In this document: piece by piece, positions 28,162 through 42,954 of the stretch
How the letters are laid out: each line of letters opens with the position of its first letter
Numbering within the stretch: the stretch's first letter is position 1
Origin: Nymphaea colorata
Taxonomy: Eukaryota
Length of the DNA: 64,000 nucleotides
Assembly: GCF_008831285.2 (NCBI RefSeq)
Contig: NC_045138.2
Location: 31,124,001-31,188,000 of the forward strand
Direction of reading: 5' to 3'
Program-made: the position numbers and the translations under genes
Notes under the pieces: model-generated
Database searches by the model: none
Told to the model about the DNA's origin: nothing
What the model saw: the letters and a program-made list of their open reading frames with translations, nothing else

Positions 28162-29949
28162 ATACGCAGTCCGCCTAGCACGCCAACACCATCCTTCTCT
28201 GTCTCTCTGTCTCTCTCTCTCTCTCCTACCACGCTAACACTATTCTTCCTTCCTCCCTCTTCTTCCTCTCTCTCTCTCTCTCAATCAAAGGAGAGAGGAT
28301 GAAAGGAAGGTTTCTGCAATCAAAGTAATTTAAAAGGAAAAAGCACAGGAAGGGATTCAGAAACAGAGACAGACCTTTCCTTTCCCTCAGAGCGCCATTG
28401 CCATTCGCCAATAGCGGTGTTTCATCCTCTGCACCTCTTCCCGTTTCTATTCTTTTTCTTTTTCTCCTTTCCTCTCAAAATATTTTCTTTTTCCACCTAT
28501 TCCACGTCGCCGGCGAGAGAAAGCGGAGCTACTGGCGTGTCGCGTCTGATCGTCTTAGCAAAATTACGGGTCTTTACCGCAATCATTGACTAGGATCTCG
28601 TTTCTTTAGTCTCCCGAATCTGATACGAGCGGCAGAAAAGAAAAATCAGGAAGCGTCCATAAGCGATAATAAGACTCGGTCGACTTGCCTGTTACCGTTA
28701 ACTGCAACCAATGTACTTTGGAAACATACATGCCGCTTAAACCAGTGCTACTTAAACCAGCAACCAACCATCCACCAGATAGGTACACTCAACCTTTTAA
28801 ACTCTTAACCCTTTCCAGCATTGGTTTATGAATCTACTCCAAAGATTGAGATACATTTATATGTCCAGGTAATATAATGTTCTAAAAAATTTTGAAACAA
28901 TAACAAGTTATTACTATTGCTAGATGGGCCCTTAAGGGCTATACACTCACTTGGTAGTAGAAAACTTAGCACTTGAGACTGGTTTGTGTTTGGACCAAAA
29001 TAAAGAATTTGAGCCACGATGGGCACATAAGCATAATTTGTTGAGATAAATAATTCTTTGCCGGGATTTTGTTTGTGACACACAATGGGCGGAGTTGAAA
29101 CCCATGTGTTAGCTTTGGAACACCAAGGTTTTCATGAATGAGATGATGAAGTGGTGCTAGTGCTTGGGTAGTGTTGGTGAAATCAGAAATTTGTAGTTGA
29201 GAGACAAATCCTTTGAAATATCGCAAGAGCATCAATATATGAATAAATAAATGAGATTATCATACATCAATGCATACAAATTGTGTGAGTCAATATGGAC
29301 ATGCCCATGCAAGCCCACCACTCAAAACATTTGACTCAAGCATGAGAGACCTGATGTCACTTTATTCGGGTGAGTAGGAGGTTAACAACTTATTGCCTAA
29401 ATAAAACTCGAAAACTCTTTCATTTTTCATGTTTTTGAAGTCTTAGATTGTGTCGGGATCTAGGTGAGGTACGGTACATCCTTCAACTTGAGTGTCACAA
29501 TCCCACCTTTTACGGTGTAAGATAATAGTACCCATTAGAATTTAATAGGAGATGTGCCTTGTACACGTCTACCTACCTGACCAACTACACTCCTTAAGGC
29601 AAAAGACCCCGTACCACTTAAAAGTGAATATGCTTGGAACATGCTTGTTCTTGTATCTAAAACAGCGTATCCTACCCTCAAGTAATAAGCTCTAGTGCTT
29701 AACTCTCTAATATAAAGACCTAAAAGAAACTCGATTTGGGACTTCAATGTCCACCGTTTGTATCTTCTATTCTGTTTGTACACCAAAACGACGAACCGAA
29801 CATATTCTATAGAGTTGAGCTTTACACCTCAAAGGAATGCACCATGTTGTGTTTGTCTTCCAACCTTCTTTCTTAACTTGATTTGAAAAAGTCACTTTTA
29901 AGGTGGATTGAGAAGTTAATCTAACCAGGCACTTAGGTTAGCGTTAATT

Positions 29950-30260
29950 TTTTTGCTAAAAAAAATATTTTGAAGAACATATAAACATCCTAATGTGTTT
30001 ATAAAACCTATTTTAATATAAAACATGCTTTGAATCAAGTTGTTTCTTTGAAAAATGTTGATATTTCTATGATCAAAATATAGATGTTACGAGAGCCCTT
30101 CATTTCTGTTTAATATAAAAATACTATTAAAACCCAAAAATGATAAACTTAATATACATTTTGCATCAAGATCATATTGGTAAAGGTTAGATTTTCAGAA
30201 ACAAATATTTTAAATGGCATATTTGATGGGTTTGGTTTTTGTCCTTGACACAAGTCGAAT
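29950..30260. repeat. Dispersed AT-rich repeat, copy 1 (homologous to 34293-34575)
   Basis: Shared blocks TTTTGCTAAAAAA, TGCTTTGA..AAGTTGTTTCT.TGAAA, ATAAAAATACTATTAAA and GGTTTT..GTC in the same order. Confidence 0.7.
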
Positions 30261-31176
30261 AATCCGACCTGTATCGGGGGGTCCGAATCGGGCAAGAAAC
30301 ATAGGATATGTGGGCCGCCCTTCCCCTCGCGCCGGACCACAGATTTGTATGTGATTGTGAAAGTCTACCGCTTGCTTCCGCCACGAAACGAACGTAGAGC
30401 GGACGGTACGGTGAAGGGGAAGTTTCGTCGCTATAGTATGAAATCTACAGAGCCGTTGCCGTTGCCGTTGCCGTTGCCGTTACTTTTGAGACAGAGAACC
30501 CTTTTAGTCCTTGACCAGAAAAAGTAAGGGTATTTTAGTCAAGCGAGCTAAGACCGGCGGGGAGGAGAAGAAGTTGGTGAAATTTTGCACGCGATCCTCA
30601 TGCACTTCTGCTTCGCCGCTATGGCCGCGCATTAATTCTGGATCCGAGATTCGGATTAGCTCTGGAAGAACCGAACCTGCTCGTTAACTAGTCTCCTTCT
30701 TAGGCTTTTCTTTTTCTTTCTCCTTGTTCTTAACTTGGGCTACAACTACAATACAAGCAGCTAAAAGCTGCAAAACTTTGCTCCAAGATCCGATCCATTT
30801 GCATCCTTAGTTAGAACATGATTAAGTACCAAAGATTATATTAACCATGTGTACAATACAAGTTGACTAAAGCAATATGACAAAGCTTAAGCTTTGAAAT
30901 GATGATTAAGGTAAGACTAGCAGATGAACAAAATAAATATAGTTTTCTTTCCCTGTTTCTATTGCTTTTTTGTGTCTTCCAGGCCCTAATCATATTGTTT
31001 TCTTCTTCTTGTTTCAGTTTCCTATGGACATCTTGATTCGTGTGCAGCTTATGTTAGATGATCAACAAGGTTCTGACTTTTGCGAATTGGCTTCTTCCCA
31101 TCGTTGTTGCTTATCCACCAGTTAACTCCTAAACACTTTTCAATAACGGAGAGACAATTAGAAAGCAACCATCTTG

Positions 31177-31179
<3 letters not shown>

Positions 31180-31247
<68 letters not shown>
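31180..31247. repeat. (AT)n microsatellite
   Basis: Pure AT run. Confidence 0.95.
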
Positions 31248-31248
<1 letters not shown>

Positions 31249-31733
31249 CTAAATGTAAATCTATTCAAACGTAAGTGCATTTTAGTTGTTTCGTCAAATT
31301 GCTGAAATATGTTCTGCTGGTAAAATTTCTCTTAAATATAAAAGTTAGGTGGCTGTAAATTACTTTACATAAACCAGTCGTGTTCCTTTTCAGGCATTAT
31401 GAATCTACTAGAGTCAAATTCCTAGAAGGTGTTTTGTCATTGCCTCTTCACATTTGCAAAAAAGTTAAATGAATTTTCATCAGATTCACATGTGAATCCT
31501 AGTTACGTGTAGTTCCAAGAAACTCACCCTTTGTCTACGAGAGGTAGACACAATGGTGGGGGTGGGGGTTGGTAGGCGGTTATTTTCTGATTTTCTTACA
31601 TTAGTGCCTGTCGGCCGCAAATTTTGGTCACGTTTTCATGTTTCAATTGAACACCTTCCATTTTGAATTATGATCGAGGGAGAAGATTATTCTTTTTACC
31701 AAACAAGCATATGCGGATCAAATCACGATCTTA

Positions 31734-31871
31734 CCGAATAGGTTAACCTTTTGAACTGCTTCTGAATCCATGGGCAGGCAAGAAACAACCTGGCGAACTA
31801 AAACATCTTAGTAGCCAGAGGAAAAGAAAGCAAAAGCGATTATTCCCGTAGTAGCGGCGAGCGAAATGGGA
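31734..31871 (+). pseudogene. rrn23: Plastid 23S rRNA fragment inserted in nuclear DNA (NUPT)
   Basis: CCGAATAGGTTAACCTTTTGAACTGCTTCTGAATCCATGGGCAGGCAAGAAACAACCTGGCGAACTAAAACATCTTAGTAGCCAGAGGAAAAGAAAGCAAAAGCGATTATTCCCGTAGTAGCGGCGAGCGAAATGGGA matches the recalled 5' region of chloroplast 23S rRNA, with a few substitutions and a small insertion. Confidence 0.88.
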
Positions 31872-32357
31872 TGAAGGTATGTTTCCGCAAACTTCTCAAT
31901 GTTTAGCATGATCAATTCTTATATTTTGAGCCTGCCTGAGGGAACAGTCCCCACCTTTTTTTATTTCTGGCTTCACTGTTAAGAGCTGTACATGACAATA
32001 GAAGGCATATACGGTCAAAGATATGGGGAAAAGCATCGCCAAAACTTTAGTTACTGTCTCAAGTGGAAAATCAATGCCTCGCAACTAGTAATAAACTACA
32101 ATATCGTTCCTTATTAAATTCCCCACTCCACTGGAATTCAATGTGCAAGTGAGTGGCTGCGCATTCCTACAAATTAAAAAATATGGAAGAAAGGAATTAG
32201 GCAACCAAAAGGCGATCAGCTTTTGTATTAACATATGAAAGGGAGAGGAATGCTTGTCATTTTCACAACTTGGAATTTGGAAGATGATGATTGCTCGAAG
32301 CATTAATCTATGTGATTTGTTTTTTTTATTTGGGGCCTCCAACGAGTTTGTCGTTGC

Positions 32358-32388
<31 letters not shown>

Positions 32389-32748
32389 TAGATGCTGTTG
32401 GTCTGTGAGAATAATGGGGAGGAAGGTTTTAATTAAGCTGTTGTGAAGAATATAAAACAAAATGGGGTCGGATTGTCCGGATTCGGTTCGATGATCACTT
32501 CTCCTTTTTCAAACATTCCACCATGAAACTCATCCGGCATATCGCCTTTTCTTCAACAAGAGAAGTCAGTTTTCAGAAACGCACTTATGATTCGGTGATA
32601 TTAAAAAGTAGACCTTACTGTTAAATATTTTGCGGCTTACACTTAATTTTTCCCCAAGTATAAATTGATCCATAAACTAAAAAACTTTTGCTTTGTATTT
32701 AGATCGTTTTATGATATCAATCTGAGGTGACCTAAACAGGCCCCGTTT

Positions 32749-33032
32749 GCCTGTTTGAATGCATGGAACTAAATACCCAAGCTTAAAACTGTTGGGTATT
32801 TAGTACCAGGCTCCTTCAGTTTACCTCATTTGTTTGATTTCATAGAGTTTTTATTTCGGGTATTTGGGAGTTGACAAACAAAAGATTTCTTACAGTATTA
32901 AAGTTAAAAGTTTTAAAAATGACTCCAAAACTCTCTACACTAAAGTTCCATGCTTGCTTGTAGCTGGCGCTTTTTATCGGATTTGAACTAAAGTTTCAAG
33001 TATGTAGTAAACTTCCATGCATTCAAACGGGC
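32749..33032. mobile_element. Tourist-like MITE
   Basis: 20-bp TIRs GCCTGTTTGAATGCATGGAA / TTCCATGCATTCAAACGGGC (19/20 match), ~285 bp, non-coding. Confidence 0.8.
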
Positions 33033-34146
33033 CATCAGGGAAATCGAACCAACAACTGACCTAATACCAACCACCGGCCTAACCAGCTATCCTAAACTCC
33101 TTGGGTTTGTTATTGAATGATGATCACGTCAGAGCTATTATTTGAAGAGAAGATTTCATTTCAGTGTGGGCAGGATGGAGCCAAGGGAGGCCGCAGGGGC
33201 CCCGGCATCTCCCTCAAAAAAAAAAAAAATTTACATGTAAATATTAGTAAATTTCACTTGTCCTACATAAAAATTTTGAAAAATGATATTTCAGCCCCTG
33301 TTAAAATTTAGAAACTTTTATTCGACTCCCTTCATGACTTCAAACCCTTCGCATTTTTCCTCAAAGAAGCGGTGAATATATCCACAAGTTGAAGAAGAAA
33401 AAGCAAGAGGATGAGCTTCAATTATTTAAAAGGCAGAGAACCAATTTGGAATCGCTAATGCGGCGGAAACTATCCAAGAACAATACGATTAATTAATTAC
33501 GGAAAGAAGACCTTGTTTATCGACGTTTTGTTAGGTTAAACAAGGTCTGTTTTGAATTGAAGTAGATAACAACAATCTCGAGGGATTTGTCTGACATGAG
33601 ATTGGACTTCAGGCTTTCAAGATTTGCATATTCCAAGTATGTCTTTATCGGGGTCTTCTTAGACTATATAATTTAACTTTGAAGGTTTTTTTATTTTACT
33701 ATGCTCAAGAAATCCACGAGTAGAGAAAATATTCAATACATGTACAAGAGCCAACGTCATGTATAGAAAATAATGCTATTCAATTATCTTGGAAGCTGAT
33801 CAGCATACCACAAAACTCTAGGAGTCCAAACTAAAAGTATAATTATAATTATACGCATGCAATGAGTGTGGATTTGGAAAAGATATCGTTGCTGCTGTCG
33901 CCCGTGAAATGATGTGAGGGTTTCGTTCGGCGCGTGCTTGTAATTTTTCTTGGTTACATGCGCTTATTAAAATATGATACTGCCGATCTAAGAGGTACCT
34001 TTGTAATCGTCACTCACTATATTTCATTACACAATACCTATATATACATCAAAATCACCTTGACTCAGAGTGGCGAATCGCTTTCATTCATTGGCCGGCC
34101 GATTCCAAAGTGCCTCGTGCATGCATGTATTACTATTATTATTAGC

Positions 34147-34148
<2 letters not shown>

Positions 34149-34223
<75 letters not shown>

Positions 34224-34235
34224 GGAGAGAGAGAG
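34149..34235. repeat. (TA)n(GA)n compound microsatellite
   Basis: Direct runs. Confidence 0.95.
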
Positions 34236-34292
34236 ATTGGCGGATCCCAGACCATTAGGTCAGGGGTAAAAAAAAAAATCAGGCCCTTCAAA

Positions 34293-34575
34293 GTTTTGCT
34301 AAAAAAGTATTTCAAACAAAAATTCTTTTGGTATAAAAAGTGCTTTGATGTAAGTTGTTTCTATGAAACATGTGGATCTTTTTACTATCAAAATGTTGAT
34401 GCTATAGGAGCCATTTATTTGTGCTTATTATAAAAATACTATTAAACTACAACAAATGTTTAACTTAATAGAAGTTTTGTCAATATATTCTTAAGATTGT
34501 ACAGTAAAATTAGATTACAAGAAAAACACTTTAATCATCACATTTAAGCGATTTGGGTTTTGTCTTCGACCTAAC
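34293..34575. repeat. Dispersed AT-rich repeat, copy 2 (homologous to 29950-30260)
   Basis: Same conserved blocks as copy 1. Confidence 0.7.
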
Positions 34576-35779
34576 CTACCAATCTTTATACACACATATA
34601 TATATATATATATATATATGAGAAGAGTGCCTTGTGGGGTCGGGCGCGTGCTACTTCTTTTGTGTTTTGTAAATCACCGTTCATGATTGTCATATGGAAT
34701 GGATGAGGATATTGGCATTGACAGGAAGTCCACTAGAGAATGACCTTATCATATATATATATATATATAAGGCCAACCTATCATTATGTCACAGCCTCTA
34801 TGTACCTGGAGTGCTCTGGAGACCTTTTAGCGGCACTTTCTTGTCCGTTGTGCCGCTGGAAATATGTGAATTTGCACATCATTATGTAAGCCACAGTTAA
34901 TTAATGAGCCTCCCAGGAAATTTATCTTGCTTTTTGAGTCTCTTGATTAGTTCACAGTAATTGTAATCTTATTCTTTTACAAATTAACCATATAAGCGAA
35001 TGTAAACTTACCAAATTTATATGACAACAAAATCATAAAGTGCATAAATGATATTTTATGAGGTCTCAAACATTGAAGTTCTCAACTTTCTTGGACCATA
35101 AAATCCAATCTAGACATTGAATTTCATGATTCATGTTATTAATTTCTACATTTCAATATATTTTTATATTCGGAGTGCCCAATTCAATGCATTTTTTGTT
35201 AAACTTTGATGGCTAGAGCAGATTTTGCAAGGGTGCAAGAAAATTGACTAGCCTTAGATTCAGTAAGACATAAAATCTGAATTACATATTTGATTTCTGT
35301 GATAATTTTGAACCTATATATAGTTATATATGGGTTGTCAGCCTTTTGAAAAACAATATGAATTATACTTTTGTGACTAGCCTAACTAAACCTTGTTTTT
35401 ATTGGCTTCTGAAAATTAATTAGTAGTGTGTACTGATCATTTGCATATTCAAAAACATATAAGCTAATGACATAAATATTATGTTTTTAAATAAAAACAA
35501 GATGAGCCTTAGAAGATTAAGAAAACAACAGTTTCTTTTAAGAATTGTAAACTCTTATCTACTTACATTTTGAACAGCATCATTTTTTTATTGACGATAA
35601 TCATCTAATTTAGTGAAAAACACACTAGTTAAATGTAAATACTACATGAATTGATAATTAACCGTATGTTAATCAGTATTCCGTTGATGATTTTCAAAAT
35701 GCCACGTTATTTTCAAAAAAAAAAGGATGACATACTTATATTTCACACCTTTAAATTTATCAGTCAACTATTGTCTATT

Positions 35780-36225
35780 GCAAATATCTAGATCTGGTAT
35801 CCGACTGAACCTCTCATAAACGAAATAGGAGACGAAACTAATTTTTACATCCGGTTAAAAATTAGATCGGATTCAGATATATGTAAGAACCGATATCCAA
35901 TCAGATTTGAATTCACATTCGAATTTAAGTAAATTGACTAGGTTCAAATTCAAATTCAGATTCAATGTAGTTTTAAATAAATATACTACACACAATGCCT
36001 ATAATACGGCTTGAATTCAGCTTAAAAACCAGACTCTAATTCAAATGTTAATCTTAAAATCAGATTCATATTATGAATTTGGATGTCGGATTCTGATATG
36101 GTATAGATTTTTCTTTAATAGAGTTTGAATATGAATTCAAATCCTGATTCATAGATATATTTAATTAAAAACAAATATCATAAAGTATATATCTGATTCG
36201 AGTCCAACATCTATCGATATCTCTA
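35780..36225. mobile_element. Degenerate member of the ATCCGA/TCGGAT-rich hAT-like MITE family
   Basis: Dense GGATTCAGAT/ATCCGA/TTTGAATTC motifs, similar to 39045-39460 and 51085-51528. Confidence 0.6.
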
Positions 36226-36689
36226 ATCAACATGAAAAATTTATATGAACATAGATTTATTATATTTACTTAGTTCATGTATGTCATTAACAAGATATAA
36301 ACAGAAAATTATTTATGTTAAAACAAATTCATATCTTGGTAGATGTCGATTCAGCACTTCTAAATTAAAGAGAATATTGTGCTCAACTTTAGAAATTATT
36401 TGAACAAATTTTCTTCCTTTTTTCATGCAGTATAATTACAATACGTCACACGTAGAAATGGACTGAGGTGGAGCCTACGCCAAAGCAAAGGCGGGACAAC
36501 ATTAAATCATTGTAGCATTGAAAGTTATCTCGAAATTAAAGTACATATCTTTTGTTACAGCAACCCCAATCTCTTCTTATCTCCAACAGCTTAATATGTC
36601 ACAATAGTCAACAACAGTGTTCGATGAGTATGAAGCAACTTTCCCTTACCATACATTTACTTTTTGGCTGCATTTTATGCCATTATTTG

Positions 36690-37045
36690 GGAGGTCGACT
36701 CGGCAATGTTCGAGATTGACTCGATTAAGACTCGACAAACTCGTTTGAAAAAAATTGATGTTCATCATTACGTGCTGAGCTCGAACTCGACTCAATTAAA
36801 GCACGACAAACTCGTTTGAATAGAATTGATATTCATCATTATGTGTTGAGCTCGAACTCGACTCGATTAAGGCACGACAAAATCGTAAACTTGTTTGAAT
36901 ATATTGATTTCGCTCGACTCGGCAGTTACGTGTTGAGCTCAAACTCAACTCAATTATTTGAACGAGTCAACTCATGAACTCGAGTTTGACTCGTTAAGCA
37001 AATGACTTGGCTCGAACTCGTTCATGAGCGAAGCTTTAACGAGTC
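36690..37045. mobile_element. CTCGA-rich hAT-like element with ~70-bp internal tandem repeats
   Basis: About three copies of ACTCGATTAAG..CGACAAACTCGTTTGAA..ATTGAT.TTCATCATTA.GTG.TGAGCTCGAACTCG; ends in TGTTCATCCCTA (TAGGG-type TIR). Confidence 0.65.
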
Positions 37046-38049
37046 AAGCTCCTTGTTCATCCCTAGTTATGAACCTATGCCACTCATATCAGTGACACAA
37101 CCGCCTACCAATCACAGGTCCAAACAAGTGCACCTAAGGGCAAACTTATTACCAACTAAGTTGGAAGGGGATCTCCCAGATGTGTGATTGCCTAGTAACT
37201 AATATTGTAATTCTTCATTCAAATGGTTTGGACAATATGGCTTTTCTTCGTGCCAGAAAAAAGTAAAAAGGCAAGAATTTATCTGGATCCAACACAACAC
37301 GTGAGCGCAAATCCAGATAAAGCACACATGGATGGATCCAAACACTAAAATAGGCCAGAAACTATATGCTGAATTCAGGTCGTGTCGGCCGGTAAAATAT
37401 CCAAGCCAATTGACATGAAAGTGGCAATTAAGTATGATTTTTAGGGGCATATCTATAATTTTCGTTCGGAAAACCACGTCTTTATGTGCCAAGCTTGTAT
37501 CTTGTTCTTAAAAGAAAAAAAAAAGAAGTCTGAGGGACGGTGGCCATATTATGGTTAATTTTCTGTGAACCATGCAAAATTGATCTCTGTAATCGGTATT
37601 AGATCAGTGTTCTTGGCCATATTAGCTCCAATGCTTCCTGAGTCAGAAGCCAAAGAAGCTTCCATCTTACCAAGTTCCTTGACCATTATTACTGCAACTC
37701 TATACATATCCTAGTCCAAATTTGACTAAAACTTAACCTACCAAATTTGAAAGTGAGATTTTTTTTATGAGAGCCACTGGGCACCCATTTTGGTGGATGG
37801 TGCTTCGAGTTCAACTTCACAATGAGCAAAATCAAGTTGAAGAAAAAGGAAAAGGATAGCCACCATTTATTTTAGGTGAGCATAGGAGTATTTCATCCTA
37901 TAGCTTAAAAGTGAGTCAAAATTTCTCACCTAACTGCTTGTCCTTGTCCTTTTAGGGTAAAGAACATGCTTTCGGTGCTTTGAGATGCTGCTTCTACTGC
38001 GTTTCAGCTTTCACGTCGGTGGCCTTCCTTTTACAGTATAAGAGTGTGA

Positions 38050-38335
38050 ACATTCTTGGGATATGAATCCAAACTCATTACAAAATGTTAAAAGCTGGCT
38101 TTCAAAATGTACAAGCTTTGGATTTAGGATATCCATTTGAAGCTAAATCTGATCTGAATCTGAATCAGAATATGAAACTGATTGGCAATTTGTAATCTAA
38201 ATTTGAATTGGAATTTTAATAAGATTAGAAGCCAGCTCTTAAATCTCAATCCGATTTCTTAATTGGATCATATCTGATTTTCTTGGAGCAACATAGTTTG
38301 ATGTTGGACCAAAATCGGATGTATTGACAACCCTA
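38050..38335. mobile_element. Partial ATCCGA-rich MITE
   Basis: Same subterminal motifs; ends in TTGACAACCCTA, matching the family TIR. Confidence 0.55.
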
Positions 38336-39044
38336 AGTGTGTGTTTCTCCACTTTGAACCTTCTCCTAGATAAAGCGAATAATGGCAATCGGTTTCAATG
38401 TATTCTGTTTGCTCATGAAGACAAGACACAAAATTAGCTGAGACGTGTATTTTTGCACTATGATCACAAAATAACTTGTTTGTTTAACAATATGAAAGCA
38501 CATTTTAGTGAGAATCTCCCTAGCAAAAATGATTTCACTTGCAGTAGTAGCCCAAGGCATAGCATTCAGCATCTACACTTGATCAAAAAACATCTTCATG
38601 TTTTTTTTTTTTTTTTCGTATAATCCATTGTAGAAGAAATAAGACTTTCTTGGGTTGAGAAATTTTAATTGACAGAAGATATACCTTGGAGCTATTTAAC
38701 ATCTTTCATATCGAACATCTTTTTTCCAATATGTTTGCGTGTCTGAAATGATTGCCTGTAATCACAATTCCATTAACATAAACTAAGATCATAATAACAC
38801 ATTGTTGTTCTCCCCAACAAGTCAATGACCTTTGCTCTGCCTCATTCACTAGCACTCGAGGTTGACTAATGCAACTCCTTCTCCTTTTGCTTGTTACACA
38901 AATTTGGCTCTTGTTCCTAATGTCTGTGATTCTTGTGGATTTTCAGTGTATTTAGGTGCAACATTCTGACCACAATACAGTTCTCCGGATTTTTACATAG
39001 CAAGAGAGAATAAAGTTAGCCATTGCATTATGTATGATGAATAG

Positions 39045-39463
39045 GCATCCGATTTGGATTGGATATCCGACTGAACTGTTTAGAAAAAATCAGAGAAACA
39101 AAAAAAAATAATATCTGATTAAGAAGTCCGATTGGACTTGAATTCAACAGATGACATCTAATCACATATGGATACACATAAATATCTGATCAGATTTGGA
39201 TTTGGATCGGATTTAAATTTAAATGTCATATAACCAATGCTTGTACATTCAGAAGATTGGCCAGATTCAGTTCAAAATTGGGAGTTTGATATGAATATAA
39301 AATATCAAATTCAGATTGGACTCAGATTGTGAAATTGGATTTCAGATTCGGATTTGAATATGACATTTCTTTCTTTGTATTTGAATTCGAATTCCAATTT
39401 CAATCCGAAAAATAGATATAGTCAAAATATATCCAATTCAAATGAAATCCATTGACATTCTTA
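39045..39463. mobile_element. ATCCGA-rich MITE downstream of peroxidase A
   Basis: GGATATCCGA, TCAGATTTGGATTTGGATCGG and similar motifs; ends in TTGACATTCTTA. Confidence 0.6.
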
Positions 39464-39937
39464 ATGATAAATATAGAGATGCTCACATTCTACAATTCGG
39501 GATGGCCACCGTGACAGATTTTTTTTTTCTGAGACCTGTTTTCGTCGTTTTTCGTCGGAATTGGGCTCATTGCAAGATTCTCTTGGCTAGGATTCTCTCC
39601 GTCACTGCAATTATCTCCATGCGTTTGTCCTATGGAACCTCAATTTAATCTTGTATGAGTTGTAGATTGGCCAAAATAGTTTTAAATCTATTAGCCATCT
39701 TACTTTTAACTAATTAAATCATTGATTGTAAAAAATACCTCGAAAATCAAATACATTTGAAGTTGAAACAACCGGAAAAAATATAGTATTTTTGCCTTTG
39801 ATATTGTTAGAAAGGACAATGATAGAATAGATAAAAAAAATACAGAACTCCAAGACAAGGGGCACAATAGAAAACGTCTACAAAGAAAGTGATTGAGGCG
39901 AGGGATCCACAATCTTGGAATGTTCTCCCCCACCATC

Positions 39938-41231
<1,294 letters not shown>

Positions 41232-41319
41232 GGTTGCCAATTAAACTCACAGAGAGGGAGGGAGAGAGCGAGAGAGATGTTGGCTATGGGAGTTTGTTGT
41301 ACTCCTTGGATGTGGTGAG

Positions 41320-41327
41320 TATTTATA
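41320..41327 (-). promoter_or_regulatory. TATA box of peroxidase A
   Basis: TATAAATA on the minus strand ~90 bp upstream of the ATG; conserved in copy D. Confidence 0.7.
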
Positions 41328-42073
41328 GACTGAAGATTACAGTACTCTTGACTTGCTTTCTTGAGTAAAACAAAGATAGGTCAGCTCGGAGGCATTTATT
41401 GTTCGACAGTTAGCCGACAAAGTGACGCTTTGATCGTATTCACGGGAGTACTCGGCCGCCACACAAATTTTCGTTCGGTCAAACTTTGAAATGTTCAACC
41501 CTTCACTCGATCATCTACTCGTTTGTCCGCGGCATGCATGAACCACAAACTGTCAGTTCCTGGAATTGTTCATCATCGGCCGGTGCTCTCCGCGGCCGTC
41601 AACACACCAGGTCGGTGCACCGTCTGAGTGCTCCACACTGTCAACGAAACGGAGCAAGTTGGTAGGCATTTCCTAGCAGCTGGCTACTCACTTGCTAACG
41701 GACAGTTGTTCGTAACAAGGCAAAGAATTCGACGTTACTGACATTATCAGGTTAAAGTATATTTTCACTTGTAACGTAGAGTCTACGAAAATTATGATGA
41801 GCATGACGGTATCGCGTCCCTCTACACATTAGATACATATATGCCTTTATACAAAGATCTTTAGCTGCTTTGCATGCCAGAAAAACATTTGCATATGAAT
41901 CATGGAGTGGGGCGAACCCAGTAAATTCTGACTAAAGGGTAATACACATAAAATTTTATATTTTTAAGGGGCACCAACATGTAGATGATAAAATTTTGTT
42001 CAGAAATAACAATATAAAATAATAAGTTTTTATAGTCTGCGTGGGAAATTGCCCACACATAATCCACACCTAC

Positions 42074-42075
<2 letters not shown>

Positions 42076-42125
<50 letters not shown>
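42076..42125. repeat. (GA)n microsatellite
   Basis: Direct GA run. Confidence 0.95.
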
Positions 42126-42126
<1 letters not shown>

Positions 42127-42854
42127 GATAAAATGAAAATATATAGTAAAATTGAGGGACAAGAAGTCCCCTAAGTATATAAGCAAACTGCAGAAACGAA
42201 ATATAAGAAGAGAATATACAAGTTAGTATCACAATAAAATGTAATAAGAGAGGTGGAGAGAGAGTGGACAGACGGAACAACAGAATCACCCAGCAGTAGA
42301 CGAAGGACGGCGCCATAGCCGAATAGCAAAGTGAACATCTCCCTGCACAAGGCGTGTCACAGACTCCGACGTTGGAGAGAGAGAGAGATGTTACTCTTAA
42401 ACTTCTCAAAACAAAGTTAAAAGTTAGAAAATGCATCTCCAGTTTAGAATAAGAACATTACTTTTGTTTAAGCATTTTATGTGTTGAAAGTGGGGCTCCT
42501 TATTTCTTAGCAGCCCACTTCAAAGTCTTATTCTGATCAGCCATACAAGTATATGTATTAGAAAGGACAGTAATCCAGAATCATGGTTATCGTTATTTAT
42601 TTTTTCTATGTATTAGAAAGTTTTCTTCTGATCCGCACCATTCTTTTTGCTTCCACACAAGTGGGGATCCAGTGAATGTCAAATAAAGTCGGAAATTATA
42701 TCTGCTCGCCCAGAAAAGTCGACAGAAAACGTTATATAGAAATCTGTATATATTGATAATATATTGTATATAAATTACATGAAGAACAAAATGTTCGGTT
42801 GTCAGTGCACGGTAAGTGTTGCTAGCCAGCTACGCCAGCTAGAAATTAAAAAGT

Positions 42855-42954
<100 letters not shown>

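Noticed and set aside
36700..36960. Regularly spaced repeats superficially like a CRISPR array
   Set aside because: Eukaryotic context, whole-unit tandem repeats without unique spacers, and no cas genes.
38669..38681. TTGACAGAAGATA resembling the start of miR156/157
   Set aside because: Diverges after 13 nt; no hairpin.
41900..42436. 178-aa hydrophobic ORF
   Set aside because: Product of pyrimidine-rich sequence and a (CT)n repeat; no recognisable domain.
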